Origin: an uncultured virus (IMG/VR IMGVR_UViG_3300028377_000002)
Lineage: Duplodnaviria > Heunggongvirae > Uroviricota > Caudoviricetes
Strand: one strand, 5' to 3'
IMG/VR virus record: IMGVR_UViG_3300028377_000002
Length of the DNA: 64,000 nucleotides
Below, piece after piece: positions 48,782 to 59,683 of the stretch (position 1 is the first letter of the stretch; each line of letters opens with the position of its first letter). A program made the position numbers and the translations under genes. Under the pieces are notes generated by a model. It made no database searches. It was not told where the DNA came from and saw only the letters and a program-made list of their open reading frames with translations.

Positions 48782-49704
48782 TGGAAAAAAACGTTTTAGG
48801 TGTTGCAGTAACTAGACCAAACCAAGTTTTAAATATAATGAGGGGTGTTAGTGGTTCTGGTAAGTCAACAAAAGCTAGAGAGATTGTTGGTGATGGTGTA
48901 ATCCACTCAACTGATGATTTAATTGAAAGCATTACAGGTGACTATGATGGTTTTTTCAAAAGTATGATTAAAAGCGGTAAGTTTCATAGATTAACTGAAA
49001 TGCATAATAAAAACTTTTTAAACGCCAAAAAGTCAATGGAGTCTGGTGTCAAAAATATAGTGATAGATAATACCAATATTAAAGCTAGTGAGCCTAAAAA
49101 ATATGTGGTAGAGGCTTTAAAACTTGGATATCACGAAGATAACATAAAGATAGTTGATGTGGGTTCTGGCGGTGCAACCGTTAAAGTCCTTAGCGAAAGA
49201 AACACACATGGAGTGCCATTAGATAAAATAAAAAAGATGGTGGCCTCACACAAAGGTGTGGGTGAATTAACCGTTAAAAAAATACTTGAAGCCAAAGACT
49301 TGGATAAAAGAAATGATGTTTTATATGCGGCGGTTGTTTTAGATGATGAATCTATAAAAATTTTAATTGAAGCATTTACAACTGGATTATCAGAAGACTG
49401 GAAAACTATTGCACATCACATGACAATAGTTTTTGGTAAAGGTCTAGAAGATAAAGAAGAAATAGGTAAAGAAGTGGAGTTAAAAGTTACTGAGTTAGGT
49501 TTTAGTGATTTGGCCATGGCCGTTAAAGTAGAAGGTTATCCTTCATCTAATTTAATACCTCACGTCACAGTAGCAGTGAATATAGAAAATGGTGGCAAAC
49601 CATATGATTCCAACAAAATAACTAATTGGGGTAAAGTTGATTTGGGTTACGAGCTTAAATTATACGGAACTGTAACTGAAGTGAAGAGAGAAGGTACAAC
49701 ATAA
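48781..49704 (+). CDS. Polynucleotide kinase (P-loop) fused to 2H phosphoesterase
   Basis: MRGVSGSGKST, IDNTN, RNTHGVP; HMT and HVT 2H motifs. Confidence 0.82.
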   Translation: MEKNVLGVAVTRPNQVLNIMRGVSGSGKSTKAREIVGDGVIHSTDDLIESITGDYDGFFKSMIKSGKFHRLTEMHNKNFLNAKKSMESGVKNIVIDNTNIKASEPKKYVVEALKLGYHEDNIKIVDVGSGGATVKVLSERNTHGVPLDKIKKMVASHKGVGELTVKKILEAKDLDKRNDVLYAAVVLDDESIKILIEAFTTGLSEDWKTIAHHMTIVFGKGLEDKEEIGKEVELKVTELGFSDLAMAVKVEGYPSSNLIPHVTVAVNIENGGKPYDSNKITNWGKVDLGYELKLYGTVTEVKREGTT

Positions 49705-50042
49705 TAATAGGGTTGTCTATGATTGGTGTCGTTTGTTTCCCTGTTAATGAATTCAGGATATTACACGATGTATTTGCTATAATATTTTTCGTGGGTGGGT
49801 AGTTCACAGTCACTTACTATTCCAACTCCCTATCCAAAATAAAAAAGGTTATGTTTGCGATTCTCATTATGGTATCACTGACATTATTGTTGTCAGATGT
49901 TATAAATATTTTCGTGGCCGAATCGATAGGTATGTTTTCTATGAGTTATTTTATGTTAGAAAAGCATTTATTTGTTAAATTAAATGAAAATGCTATTGCA
50001 TGATATAAATATTATTTGTATTTTTGTCAGAAATAGAATAAT

Positions 50043-50459
50043 ATGAGAGATTTATTTATTGAAAGCCTAGCGACCTCATTTAATTACTTCACAATGTGTA
50101 GAGGTACTGCACCTGTATCAAATGGTTTTAAATTATCAATTCAAGGTGAATCGTTAGAGGACTCAGCATTTCTATACGAAAGACTTATAGGTTTTTTGGA
50201 AGGGAGTAAATGTTCATTTAAATTTGGGACCAATAGGTTGATAAATTCTGGACATCCGCAACAGTCTAAAAAGTTACTTACAATTTATATACCAAATGAT
50301 GTCGATGTTGAATCGTTTGCTGAGTTAGTATATCTAAACATCATCGATTACACAGGAGGTGATAAAGTTAAACAACCTGATAGTTACACTCATTACAAAA
50401 ATGCGATATACTTCAGGAATGATAGGGACGAAAACGGTGAATATATTTCAGCAAACTAA
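50043..50459 (+). CDS. Hypothetical protein
   Basis: ORF only. Confidence 0.55.
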   Translation: MRDLFIESLATSFNYFTMCRGTAPVSNGFKLSIQGESLEDSAFLYERLIGFLEGSKCSFKFGTNRLINSGHPQQSKKLLTIYIPNDVDVESFAELVYLNIIDYTGGDKVKQPDSYTHYKNAIYFRNDRDENGEYISAN

Positions 50460-50466
50460 ATAGAAT

Positions 50467-50886
50467 ATGAATTTTAAGAAAAAAGATTTGGAGTTAAAAG
50501 AAACTAATAATCACGCTAATGTAGTGCTTATAAACCCAGAAGGGTATATTTGTCTAGTCTCTAGGAAAGACAATCACACTGATTTCGGTTTGATTGGAGG
50601 TAAAGTAGAAGATGGTGAGAGTTATGAAGATGCCGCAGTGAGAGAAACTAGGGAAGAAACTGGTTTAGAGATAAGAAACTTAAGGTTAATATTTGCAATG
50701 CATAAATCAGGTAATATGGGAAAGACCTTTATTGCTGATTATTCAGGAGAAATTAACTATGATAAGGATGCTGAACCACATGTAGTTAAATGGGGTGCAA
50801 TTCAAGAAGCTATCGATGGTAAATTCGGTTATTGGAACGCCTTAGTTAAGGAGTGTCTATTGAGTTTGGGCGTTAATTTTAGATAA
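50467..50886 (+). CDS. NUDIX hydrolase
   Basis: GGKVEDGESYEDAAVRETREETGL. Confidence 0.9.
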   Translation: MNFKKKDLELKETNNHANVVLINPEGYICLVSRKDNHTDFGLIGGKVEDGESYEDAAVRETREETGLEIRNLRLIFAMHKSGNMGKTFIADYSGEINYDKDAEPHVVKWGAIQEAIDGKFGYWNALVKECLLSLGVNFR

Positions 50887-50902
50887 TAAAAGTAAAATAT
50901 GA

Positions 50903-51045
50903 AATATTCTAAAAGAAGGTTTAAAAATATATGGTGAGGAACTCGCCATTACAAAGGTGGAGAGGAAATCAGACGTTAGTAATAACGCACACTCTATGAA
51001 GCCCGAAGCCCATCCCATCGCCTCTGGCGTGGGTGGGTAGTTCAC
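50903..51045 (+). mobile_element. IS200/IS605 tnpB 3' remnant and right end (omegaRNA region)
   Basis: Encodes NILKEGLKI (TnpB C-terminus), CCCATCCCA..TGGGTGGG hairpin, ends TAGTTCAC. Confidence 0.72.
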
Positions 51046-51098
51046 TATTGCAATGTGAATTTCTATATAGAAATTTAGAATTACTTAGTTTTGATTAA

Positions 51099-51569
51099 AT
51101 GAAGAAAGAAGATAAAAAAATAGTCTATGTTGATATGGACGGTGTTTTGTGTGATTATCATGGGGCGTACAGTGATGCAATTAAAATAAATCCCAAAATA
51201 GAATATCCGCAATCTCAACATGGGTTTTTCTCGAATTTAGAACCAATAACAGGTGCTATTGAATCAATGAGGTGGTTGTTGGAATCTAAGTTTTTTGATG
51301 TTCATATATTAACAGCACCTAGTATTCATAATCCTATGTCTTACACTGAAAAAAGAGTTTGGGTTGAAAAGTGGTTAGGTTTTGATATGGTTAAAAAACT
51401 AATTATCACACGAAATAAAGGATTAAATAAAGGTGATTTTTTAATAGATGATAATACAGAAGGTAACGGCCAAAGTAAGTTCGAGGGTGAGCTTATACAT
51501 TTTGGGTCAGAAAGTTTTCCAACGTGGATAGAAGTATCAATTTTTTTAAATAAATTGTATGAAAAGTAA
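51099..51569 (+). CDS. 5'(3')-deoxyribonucleotidase (HAD, NT5C-like)
   Basis: YVDMDGVL, ILTAP, EKRVWV, GDFLIDD. Confidence 0.88.
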   Translation: MKKEDKKIVYVDMDGVLCDYHGAYSDAIKINPKIEYPQSQHGFFSNLEPITGAIESMRWLLESKFFDVHILTAPSIHNPMSYTEKRVWVEKWLGFDMVKKLIITRNKGLNKGDFLIDDNTEGNGQSKFEGELIHFGSESFPTWIEVSIFLNKLYEK

Positions 51570-51903
51570 AGTTTACAAAGAATTAAATAAAGACATCAAA
51601 TCAATTTTGTTAATCACAGATGGTTGGTTAGTTGGTAATGCGGTTAAAAATATCACTGAGGATAAATAAGTGAGGGACTTTGATATAATTGTTCCAAGTA
51701 GAGAAAAGTTTCAAGAAATGATACACATGCAAATTAACTTATTTCAATATAACATTAATAGCTACGGTGGGATTAAACTAAGTTTAGATGGTAATAGTGT
51801 CGACATATGGTGTGAAGAGTTATCACACTTCATAAGAAACGCTAATAAGGTAACATTTGCCTATAACTATAAAGGCAATATTTCACTTAGTAATGAAAAT
51901 TAA
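51559..51903 (+). pseudogene. Nucleotidyltransferase-like gene interrupted by in-frame TAA (51667-51669)
   Basis: GWLVGNAVK...DK*VRDFDIIV..NSYGG.K..VDIW. Confidence 0.6.
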
Positions 51904-51920
51904 TTAATAAATATAAGATA

Positions 51921-53051
51921 ATGGAATTATCAGTAGTAACATACATCAAAAAACACGGTTTAGAAAAAACAGTGGAAGACTTTAAGTTGAAGTGTAAAGA
52001 TTACGGACATAAAATTCTTTTAAAATATGACCAATTAGAATCCGATATGGCTTTTATGGAAGCTAGAGAATGTCGTGGTTTGATTTTAGAAAAAGATACT
52101 TGGAAAGTCATGAGCCTTGCTTTCATCCGCTTCTTTAATTCAGCCGAAGGTCACGCATCTAAGATTGATTGGAATACTGCCATTATATTTTCAAAAGAAG
52201 ATGGCTCTTTAATTCAATTATATTGGGATTGGGTTACCGAAAGATGGTGTGTTGGTACAAGCGGTATGGCTGAGGCTGAAGGTGAGGTAAATGAAAAAGA
52301 AGGTACTACATTCTCAAGATTATTTTGGGATACTGTTGGAGGTAGATATGGTTTTAATGTTACTAACTTAGTTAAAGGTAGGACCTATGCTTTTGAATTA
52401 ATGACACCATATAATATCGTTGTAAAACCACATGGTGTTTCTTCAGTAGCTTTATTGGGTGTTAGAGATTTAAGGTCTTTAAATGAGTTAACATACACTC
52501 AATTAGAGTTGGTGGCTAAAGATATAAACGTACCATTAGTTGAAGTAATCGATATTAATGCTTCAAACGCTGGTCACTTAATGGGAACTTTTGAAGGTAT
52601 GCCTTTTACAGAAGAAGGTTATGTAGTTTGTGATGCTAATTTCAATAGAATTAAAATTAAGAACCCAGCTTATGTAGCGATGCATCACACTAAAAGTAAA
52701 TTAGGTAATCATCACATTTTAGAAGTGTTGAAAACTAATGAGATAGATGAATGGGTAGCTACATTTCCAGAGAGGTCCGAAGAAATAATAAACCTTAAAA
52801 ATGCTTTAAATAAGCTAACGGATGATTTGAAAAATTCTTGGGTAGAATTAAAACCGTACAAACCAAAAAATATAACTAAAAGTGAACAAAAAAAGTTTGC
52901 TATGAAAGTTTTTGAGGTGAATAATAAGAATTTTTCAAATAAGAGACATACTGGTTTATTCTTTGGACTCAAAGATGGTAAAATCAAATCGGTTAGAGAT
53001 TATATAAACAATATGAACAATAAAGAGTTATATAATATCCTAACTAATTAA
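51921..53051 (+). CDS. RNA ligase (T4 Rnl1-like)
   Basis: RECRGLI, RFFN, KEDGS, FEL, EGYVV, RIKIK. Confidence 0.85.
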   Translation: MELSVVTYIKKHGLEKTVEDFKLKCKDYGHKILLKYDQLESDMAFMEARECRGLILEKDTWKVMSLAFIRFFNSAEGHASKIDWNTAIIFSKEDGSLIQLYWDWVTERWCVGTSGMAEAEGEVNEKEGTTFSRLFWDTVGGRYGFNVTNLVKGRTYAFELMTPYNIVVKPHGVSSVALLGVRDLRSLNELTYTQLELVAKDINVPLVEVIDINASNAGHLMGTFEGMPFTEEGYVVCDANFNRIKIKNPAYVAMHHTKSKLGNHHILEVLKTNEIDEWVATFPERSEEIINLKNALNKLTDDLKNSWVELKPYKPKNITKSEQKKFAMKVFEVNNKNFSNKRHTGLFFGLKDGKIKSVRDYINNMNNKELYNILTN

Positions 53052-53126
53052 TTTAAAGTACAGTTTTGTTTCATCTTTAATGTAAATATAATATAAATTT
53101 GGTAAATTACGTTTTTTTATGTATAT

Positions 53127-53453
53127 TTGTCAAATAATATAATTGTCATGAATAAAAGTATTGAATTAAAGGGTCAAAAGTTTTTCTACAAAATTGATTC
53201 ATATGATTGTGGTGAATATGGCGCAACAGAGTGTTACACAACAAAATTTTACAAATACAATGGTGTAGGTGAGCGCAAAAAATATTGGTTTTTTGGCCCG
53301 ACTGTTAAATATGACAAATATAAACGTGTTTTTACCCTACAAGTAAACATAGAAAACCCAAGTCATACTAAAGAAGAAATTAGGGCGTTATTAAAATCTA
53401 AATTAGTAGAATATAATAGAAAACAAGAAATTGAAAAAGGAGAGATAATATGA
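53127..53453 (+). CDS. Hypothetical protein
   Basis: ORF only. Confidence 0.5.
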   Translation: MSNNIIVMNKSIELKGQKFFYKIDSYDCGEYGATECYTTKFYKYNGVGERKKYWFFGPTVKYDKYKRVFTLQVNIENPSHTKEEIRALLKSKLVEYNRKQEIEKGEII

Positions 53454-53653
53454 AAACATTACCTAAGACAGCTTCCAACCCTGATGCTATCATAGTCAAG
53501 TTAGCTGATAGAATTGCCAACATTGAACATGGTGGTAAAGTTGAAATGTATGCTAAAGAGTATGATGAATTTAAAGGCGCTTTACAGTTGACCTCACCAT
53601 CATCCGCAGCAGATATGTGGAAATACTTAGATAATTTATTACTAATTAAATGA
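53450..53653 (+). pseudogene. C-terminal fragment of HD-domain (SpoT-like hydrolase) protein
   Basis: AIIVKLADRIANI present, HD motif absent. Confidence 0.55.
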
Positions 53654-54360
53654 ATAAAGAAGATTTAATACATTTACGTGATACGCTTAAAGTAAGTGGT
53701 GAATTAAAAGGTAAAGATAAAGAAACTATGAGTAAAGTCTTAAAAAAAGAGATGAGTGAACACATCTTAAAAGAACTTAATATCGAAGGGGAAGTACTAG
53801 CTATTTTCCCTTACGGTTCTCGTGTGTATGGAACAGCCACTAAAGATTCAGACCGTGATTACATCATAGTCATGAAAAGTGCTATGTTGGATAATGGAGC
53901 ATTCAGAAATAATGCAATATCTAATGAAGACTATTCAATTCAAGGTGTAGTTTATTCCAGAGGTGGTTTTATAGATGCCATTAATAGATACGAGATAGGT
54001 GCGCTAGAGTGTATATCTTTACCTGAAGATAAAGTTATTCTTAAGAAATGGCCATTTAAGGTTACTAAATGGAACGAGAAGGAAATGATTAAAGCTATCA
54101 TAAGAAAAGCATCGGACAGTTTACATTATTCAAAAATGGCATCTAAGAACGGTGATAACGAACGTGCTATTAAAAGTATGTATCACTCTCTTAGAATATT
54201 AAGCTTTGGTCTACAATTAAAAGAATATAAGAAAATAGTAGACTTTAAAGCGTCAAATGATTTGTATGACATATTTATGCATATAGAGTCAGAAGGTTTT
54301 GACACTAGAGATTACTTTGATATGTTTGAGTATTTATCTAACATGTTAAAAAATAAATAA
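53650..54360 (+). CDS. Pol-beta-type nucleotidyltransferase
   Basis: YGSRVYGT...SDRDY; KSMYHSLR helix. Confidence 0.75.
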   Translation: MNKEDLIHLRDTLKVSGELKGKDKETMSKVLKKEMSEHILKELNIEGEVLAIFPYGSRVYGTATKDSDRDYIIVMKSAMLDNGAFRNNAISNEDYSIQGVVYSRGGFIDAINRYEIGALECISLPEDKVILKKWPFKVTKWNEKEMIKAIIRKASDSLHYSKMASKNGDNERAIKSMYHSLRILSFGLQLKEYKKIVDFKASNDLYDIFMHIESEGFDTRDYFDMFEYLSNMLKNK

Positions 54361-54414
54361 AGTTTTTTCATTATTCCCTTGCATATTTAAATATATATTT
54401 GCAATGGAATAATT

Positions 54415-54487
54415 GGTCGATTAGCTCAGTTGGAAGAGCGGGAGATTCTAAACCTCTTAGTCATCGGTTCGAACCCGATATCGACCA
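54415..54487 (+). tRNA. Amber suppressor tRNA (CTA)
   Basis: GGTCGAT/ATCGACC acceptor, GCTC/GAGC D-stem, GGAGA-TTCTAAA-CCTCT, ATCGG-TTCGAAC-CCGAT; own promoter TATATTTG at 54394. Confidence 0.82.
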
Positions 54488-54522
54488 CTAAATAAAAATG
54501 TGTAACTTAAAAACAAAAAAAA

Positions 54523-54891
54523 ATGAAAGACACTTAGATTGCAAGGCAAGAACCTCAGAAACTCTACGTAGTGGGGAGAAAAGATTTACCACTATCCTAT
54601 CAGGCTGTCCAAATGGGTCACGCCGCAATAGACTTCCAACATAAACACTCAAGTATAGCAAAAGACTGGAATCAAAATTCAAACTATTTAGTATTCCTCA
54701 GCGCTAAAGATGAGAAACATTTAGAAGTCTTACTTCAAAAAGCAGAGTTCAAGGGTCTCAAAACAACTTCTTTTAGAGAACCTGACATCAACAACGAACT
54801 TACAGCTATTACAATAGAACCATCTAAAATTACTAAAAAGTTAGTTTCTAACTTACCGTTATTTGGAAAAAAGGTATCGTCATGTGTATAA
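54523..54891 (+). CDS. Peptidyl-tRNA hydrolase (Pth2-like) with in-frame TAG at codon 5
   Basis: MKDT*IARQEPQKLYVVGRKDL..QAVQMGHA..W..FREPDINNELTAI. Confidence 0.72.
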
Positions 54892-56033
54892 TTGAACATA
54901 ACGAAAAGCCAGATAGAGTGATATTTCATTTTAATAAAGCTCACTTATCCGATTCTGCAATACCTATGTGGGTGTTAAAAAGTAAAGGTAAGACTCATTA
55001 CGTAAACCATGTTGAGTTCGATTCAGGAATTGGTTTTAGGACCAAGGAAACTCCAGATTCTAACCATACTAAAGGTAGTATTCAAATAAAAGGTCGTTTA
55101 AAGATAACGGAAGAAGATAGTCAAACAATTGGTGAAATTTACTAAAATATTTGGTTATAACATAAAAACAACTTATATTTGTAAGGTAAAATTATAAAAG
55201 ATGGAAATATTAATAGTAGAAGCAATAAAAACTTTACACTCAGGTCATAAAAATATCAAGTATTTGGTGGCTAATAATGAAGTTTATGGTTATGATGATG
55301 TGAATGACTTGGCTGAGTACGTAGCTGAAGAATGGGGCAATAGGGATGTAGGTGGTCATAACAATGGTTATTTCTTGGAGTGGAATATCGTAGAAGATGA
55401 GGAAGTTAAAACAATTGCTTTAAACGCTGAAGTATCTAATATAGAAAATAAAATTAAATACCTAAACTTGAATGTTGAAGTATTGAAAAGGTTTGCTACA
55501 GAAGAAGGTTTACCAATAACCAATGGTAGTACAACAAGTTTTCTTTTAAGTAAAGGGTACGAAGAATTAGAATGTCCTAAATGCGAAACTTTGTGTAAAC
55601 CTGTCAATAAAAAAAGCGACGGTACTATTGTTTACGAAAACCACAAGTGTATTGTTAATGGTCGTCACGGTGAAGAATTTAGAATCACGAAGAGTTTCAG
55701 CATTAATGCTAATGGTGAACTAATAAAATAATTATGGAATATATTAAAGAAACAACAATACCAAAAGAAAAATGGGGTGTTCATGAACATCATTGTTGTG
55801 AGAGGCACGGCTGTAAGTATGGTCACGAAGACTGTCCAGTTAGTCTCGGTATGATTAAACAAAAATACCCTTGTGAAATTTGTTCAGATGAAGAGTTTGA
55901 AAAAGATTATCTCATGAATGAAAGGGGTTACAGGTTAGGTTTAATTGATGATATTTTGAAGTATCACGATAGATTTACTGAAGAAGAAAAACAAAAAATC
56001 ATCGAAATGGGTGAGTTTTTCAAAAATAAATAA
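54882..56033 (+). CDS. Three hypothetical ORFs (54882-55145, 55201-55731, 55734-56033)
   Basis: ORF track; last has HCC..HGCKYG..CPV zinc motif. Confidence 0.5.
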
Positions 56034-56038
56034 TAAAT

Positions 56039-56110
56039 GCGCAGGTTCCAGAGCGGCTATGGTGTTGCCCCGCAAGGCAATGTAGGGTGGTTCGAATCCA
56101 TCCCTGTGCT
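56039..56110 (+). tRNA. tRNA-Cys(GCA), atypical anticodon loop
   Basis: GCGCAGG/CCTGTGC, U73, TTGCC-CCGCAA-GGCAA. Confidence 0.65.
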
Positions 56111-56214
56111 CTTAAAATTAAATAAAATGAAATAGATAAAAATTAGAGGTCCAACTTACGTAGTTTTCAATTAGGAGATTAAAAAAAATAACAAAATACG
56201 TAAAATTTAAAAAT

Positions 56215-56607
56215 ATGAAAACTACAGAAGAACTAATTAAAGAAGGTGTAGAGTACTTTAACAAAACAGGAAAACACCTATACAGTTCAATGAATCCAGA
56301 AGGAGAACACGTTGAATACTACTATGTTTATACCGCTAATAAAGATGGTGTAGATTATGAAGTAAAAATAAGGTTTAACATTGATGATTATGTAAGAGCT
56401 AGATACTTTAGGATTGACAAGTTTCCATGTCATAAGGTTGAACATAGTCAGAGATGCTTTCATTTTTATGAAAACTTTAAATCAGTTAAACAGAATAAGT
56501 ATTTAAAAAATGTCTTAAATCTAATTAAAAAATATGTTGAGAAAAATATTGACACCTCAACTTACTGTCATAACACCGAATACAAGGCGGTGATGGATAA
56601 TAAATAA
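56215..56607 (+). CDS. Hypothetical protein
   Basis: ORF only. Confidence 0.5.
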   Translation: MKTTEELIKEGVEYFNKTGKHLYSSMNPEGEHVEYYYVYTANKDGVDYEVKIRFNIDDYVRARYFRIDKFPCHKVEHSQRCFHFYENFKSVKQNKYLKNVLNLIKKYVEKNIDTSTYCHNTEYKAVMDNK

Positions 56608-56691
56608 GTGGGATAAATTCCCGCTTATTTTTATTTTATTTGGTTATTACATAATAAATGTCTATATTTGTCCCTAACAAAAATGTAAAAG

Positions 56692-58113
56692 ATGGAAATT
56701 AAAATAATTTTTGATGAAATAGCTAATACTTCTGGTAACAACGCTAAGATGGATGTGCTTCGTAAGTATAAAGACAATCAACTACTTCAAAAGGTATTAT
56801 ATTTAATCAAGTCTAAAAGGGTTAAGTTTTTCATTAAACAAATACCTGAATATACTCCTTGGGGTTCTAATTCTAATTATTCGCTATCAGAAGCTGTTAA
56901 TGATTTAAAAGTCCTTAGTAATAGAGAAGAAACAGGTCAATCGGCTGTAGCCTATCTTAAGCAGACTTTAGAAAATTTATCGACCGATGACGCTTATATC
57001 ATTGAAAGAATTATTGATAAAGACCCTAAGATTGGTTTAGGTAGAACTTTTATTAATAAAGTAATTCCTAATCTTATTGAAAAAACACCATATCAAGGTG
57101 CTAAGTCTTTCAGTGAGAAGTTAGCTAGAAAAATTTTCAAAGATTATGGTTATGCATATAGTGATGTTAAGATGGACGGCCGTTATGCTAATGCCATTAT
57201 TCAATCTGGTCAAGTAGAATTCGAATCAAGACAAGGTGAAACAACTTACATTCCAGTAGATTCTCTATTAATTAGAGAGTTATCTAAATTTGGTGATGGT
57301 GTACTAAATGGTGAATTAACTATAATTAATGATGATGGTTCGACAATGGATAGGTACACGTCTAACGGTATTATAGCTTCGATAGTAGATATCGAGGGTT
57401 GTGGTAAAATGGGTGATAGAAATGATGAAGATACCTCTAAAAAGTTATCTGCGTTCAGAAAGAAGCATGGTGATTTTAAAGAAGCTGTCGACAAAATAAG
57501 ATATACAGTGTGGGATTCAATCACATTAGAAGACTACTTCAATAAGAAGTCAGATATTGAGTATAGAAAGCGTTTAGATTATCTATTCAAAAAGACACCT
57601 ATATTAGAATGCACTAGAGTTGCAATGGTAGAACGTCTTAAGGTTTATTCATATGAAGAGGCTATGACTCACTTCCAAAATATTTTGTTGAGAGGTGAAG
57701 AGGGTACTATATTGAAAGCACCTTTGGCCACTTGGAAAGATGGTAAACCAAATACTCAAATTAAGCTAAAAATTGAAGTTAATTTAGATTTGAAAGTGAT
57801 TGGATTTGAGTACGGAAATAAAGGTACTAAAAATGAAAATGTGTATAGTACAATAAATCTTGAATCGTCTTGCGGAAATCTGCGCACTAATGCGTCTGGG
57901 ATGAAAGAAGGTATGATGAAAGAAATAACAGAACGTGCTGATGAATTACTTGGTACTGTGGTTGAGATTCGGTGTTGTGGTTTATCACAAAGTAGTGATG
58001 GGGATTATTCTACGCTCCACCCATCAGTGGTTGAATTAAGAGACGATAAAACCGAAGCTAATTCATTAGCTGAATGTATTAAAATAAGTAATGCTGCTAT
58101 GGGATTATCTTAA
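56692..58113 (+). CDS. ATP-dependent DNA ligase
   Basis: KMDGR, LNGEL, VWD, EGTILK, KLK, OB-fold end RDDK. Confidence 0.9.
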   Translation: MEIKIIFDEIANTSGNNAKMDVLRKYKDNQLLQKVLYLIKSKRVKFFIKQIPEYTPWGSNSNYSLSEAVNDLKVLSNREETGQSAVAYLKQTLENLSTDDAYIIERIIDKDPKIGLGRTFINKVIPNLIEKTPYQGAKSFSEKLARKIFKDYGYAYSDVKMDGRYANAIIQSGQVEFESRQGETTYIPVDSLLIRELSKFGDGVLNGELTIINDDGSTMDRYTSNGIIASIVDIEGCGKMGDRNDEDTSKKLSAFRKKHGDFKEAVDKIRYTVWDSITLEDYFNKKSDIEYRKRLDYLFKKTPILECTRVAMVERLKVYSYEEAMTHFQNILLRGEEGTILKAPLATWKDGKPNTQIKLKIEVNLDLKVIGFEYGNKGTKNENVYSTINLESSCGNLRTNASGMKEGMMKEITERADELLGTVVEIRCCGLSQSSDGDYSTLHPSVVELRDDKTEANSLAECIKISNAAMGLS

Positions 58114-58352
58114 TTGCATACCACCCAATAAATTCTTTATTTTTAATTAAAACTTCTTTTTTAATGGTACGTCCTCGATAAATTGGTTTACCTTCATTGT
58201 AATAAGACCTTCTTAATTCTTTAGATGATTTTAAACATAACGTTTTCAAATATGTAAGAAAAAACCATGTTAATACTGACACCCACTGGACCAAAAATTG
58301 GGAACGTGCTAAGTTATCATGGGAAGTATAATCAATAAATAAATAAAGTGAA

Positions 58353-59378
58353 ATGAAAAAATTTAGTAAGTTCCCAAAAATTGGGCAATTTAGACAAACA
58401 GTGAAAGAAGCTAAACTAAGAAACTCTTACATTGGTAAGGATGATGATGGTGAACCTATCTTTGACAAAACAAAGGCAACACCAGTAATCAACTTCAAGG
58501 GTACGGTAAAGTTACACGGTACAAACGCAGGTGTAGGTCATACCCCTGAAGATGGTATCTGGGCGCAATCTAGAAATAACATTATTACTGTAGATAACGA
58601 TAATGCTGGGTTCGCCAAATTCGTTCATAGTAATGAAGAAACTTTCATTGAATTAATGAATGAGATTAGAGTAGAGAACTCAAAAATAGGCGTTAAAGAT
58701 GCGGTTTACATTTTTGGTGAATGGGTAGGTAAATCAATCCAAAAAGGTGTTGCTATTTCTCAGTTAGAAAAAAGCTTCTTCATTTTTGATGTTAAGGTGG
58801 TGCCAGAAGATGAGTCTGAACCATACCACTTAGACTCACATTACCTAAAATCCAAAGATAACAAAATCTTTAACATTGAAGACTTTGAAACTTATGAGAT
58901 GGAAATCGATTTTGAGCAACCTGAGAGCGCTCAAAACAAATTAGGTGAGCTAACCATGCAAGTTGAAGAAAAGTGTCCTGTGGCCAAAGAATTTGGCTTT
59001 GAAGGTGTAGGTGAGGGTATTGTATGGTCAGGTAAGTTAGGAAATCACAATCTACTGTTTAAAGTGAAGGGTGAGAAGCATAGTGTTTCTAAAGTAAAAA
59101 CCTTAGCTAAGGTAGATACGGAAAAACTTAACTCTATCAATGAGTTTGTTGATTATGCCATAACAGAAAACAGATTCAACCAAGCATTAGGTGTGGTCTT
59201 TCCAGATGGTAATATTGATATCAAAAAATTAGGTGATACAATCAAGTGGGTTGTTAGCGATGTACTAGCTGAAGAAAGCGATGTACTAAAAGATAATAAT
59301 CTTGAACCTAAAGATATCGGTAAATACGTAGCTGCAAAGGTTAAAAAAATGTTCTTTGCGGAGTATAATAAATTCTAA
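58353..59378 (+). CDS. RNA ligase (Rnl2-like)
   Basis: KLHGTNA, QSR, FGEW, FDV, EGIV, FKVK. Confidence 0.82.
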   Translation: MKKFSKFPKIGQFRQTVKEAKLRNSYIGKDDDGEPIFDKTKATPVINFKGTVKLHGTNAGVGHTPEDGIWAQSRNNIITVDNDNAGFAKFVHSNEETFIELMNEIRVENSKIGVKDAVYIFGEWVGKSIQKGVAISQLEKSFFIFDVKVVPEDESEPYHLDSHYLKSKDNKIFNIEDFETYEMEIDFEQPESAQNKLGELTMQVEEKCPVAKEFGFEGVGEGIVWSGKLGNHNLLFKVKGEKHSVSKVKTLAKVDTEKLNSINEFVDYAITENRFNQALGVVFPDGNIDIKKLGDTIKWVVSDVLAEESDVLKDNNLEPKDIGKYVAAKVKKMFFAEYNKF

Positions 59379-59480
59379 ATATGTTAAAACACAAAAAATA
59401 ACGGTGTTTTAAGTAAATAAAACCACAAAGCCTTGTTTATTCTAAGGTTTTGTGGTTTATTTGTTGTATAAAAAAGATAT

Positions 59481-59681
59481 ATGAAAAACGGAGTATACAA
59501 ACTAAAAAAAGATGCAAAGTTAAGCAACGGAGCTGAGTTTAAAAAGGGTCAAGAATTTGAAGTTGTTGATACCGTGGTCTACATGGGTGGTCATCCATTA
59601 GACTTTAGAGCGCAAAACATGGTTTTATCTTGGATGAAATCTAATAAAGAACTTTTTATTAACGATACTAGAAATTTTTAA
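59481..59681 (+). CDS. Hypothetical protein
   Basis: ORF only. Confidence 0.5.
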   Translation: MKNGVYKLKKDAKLSNGAEFKKGQEFEVVDTVVYMGGHPLDFRAQNMVLSWMKSNKELFINDTRNF

Positions 59682-59683
59682 AT

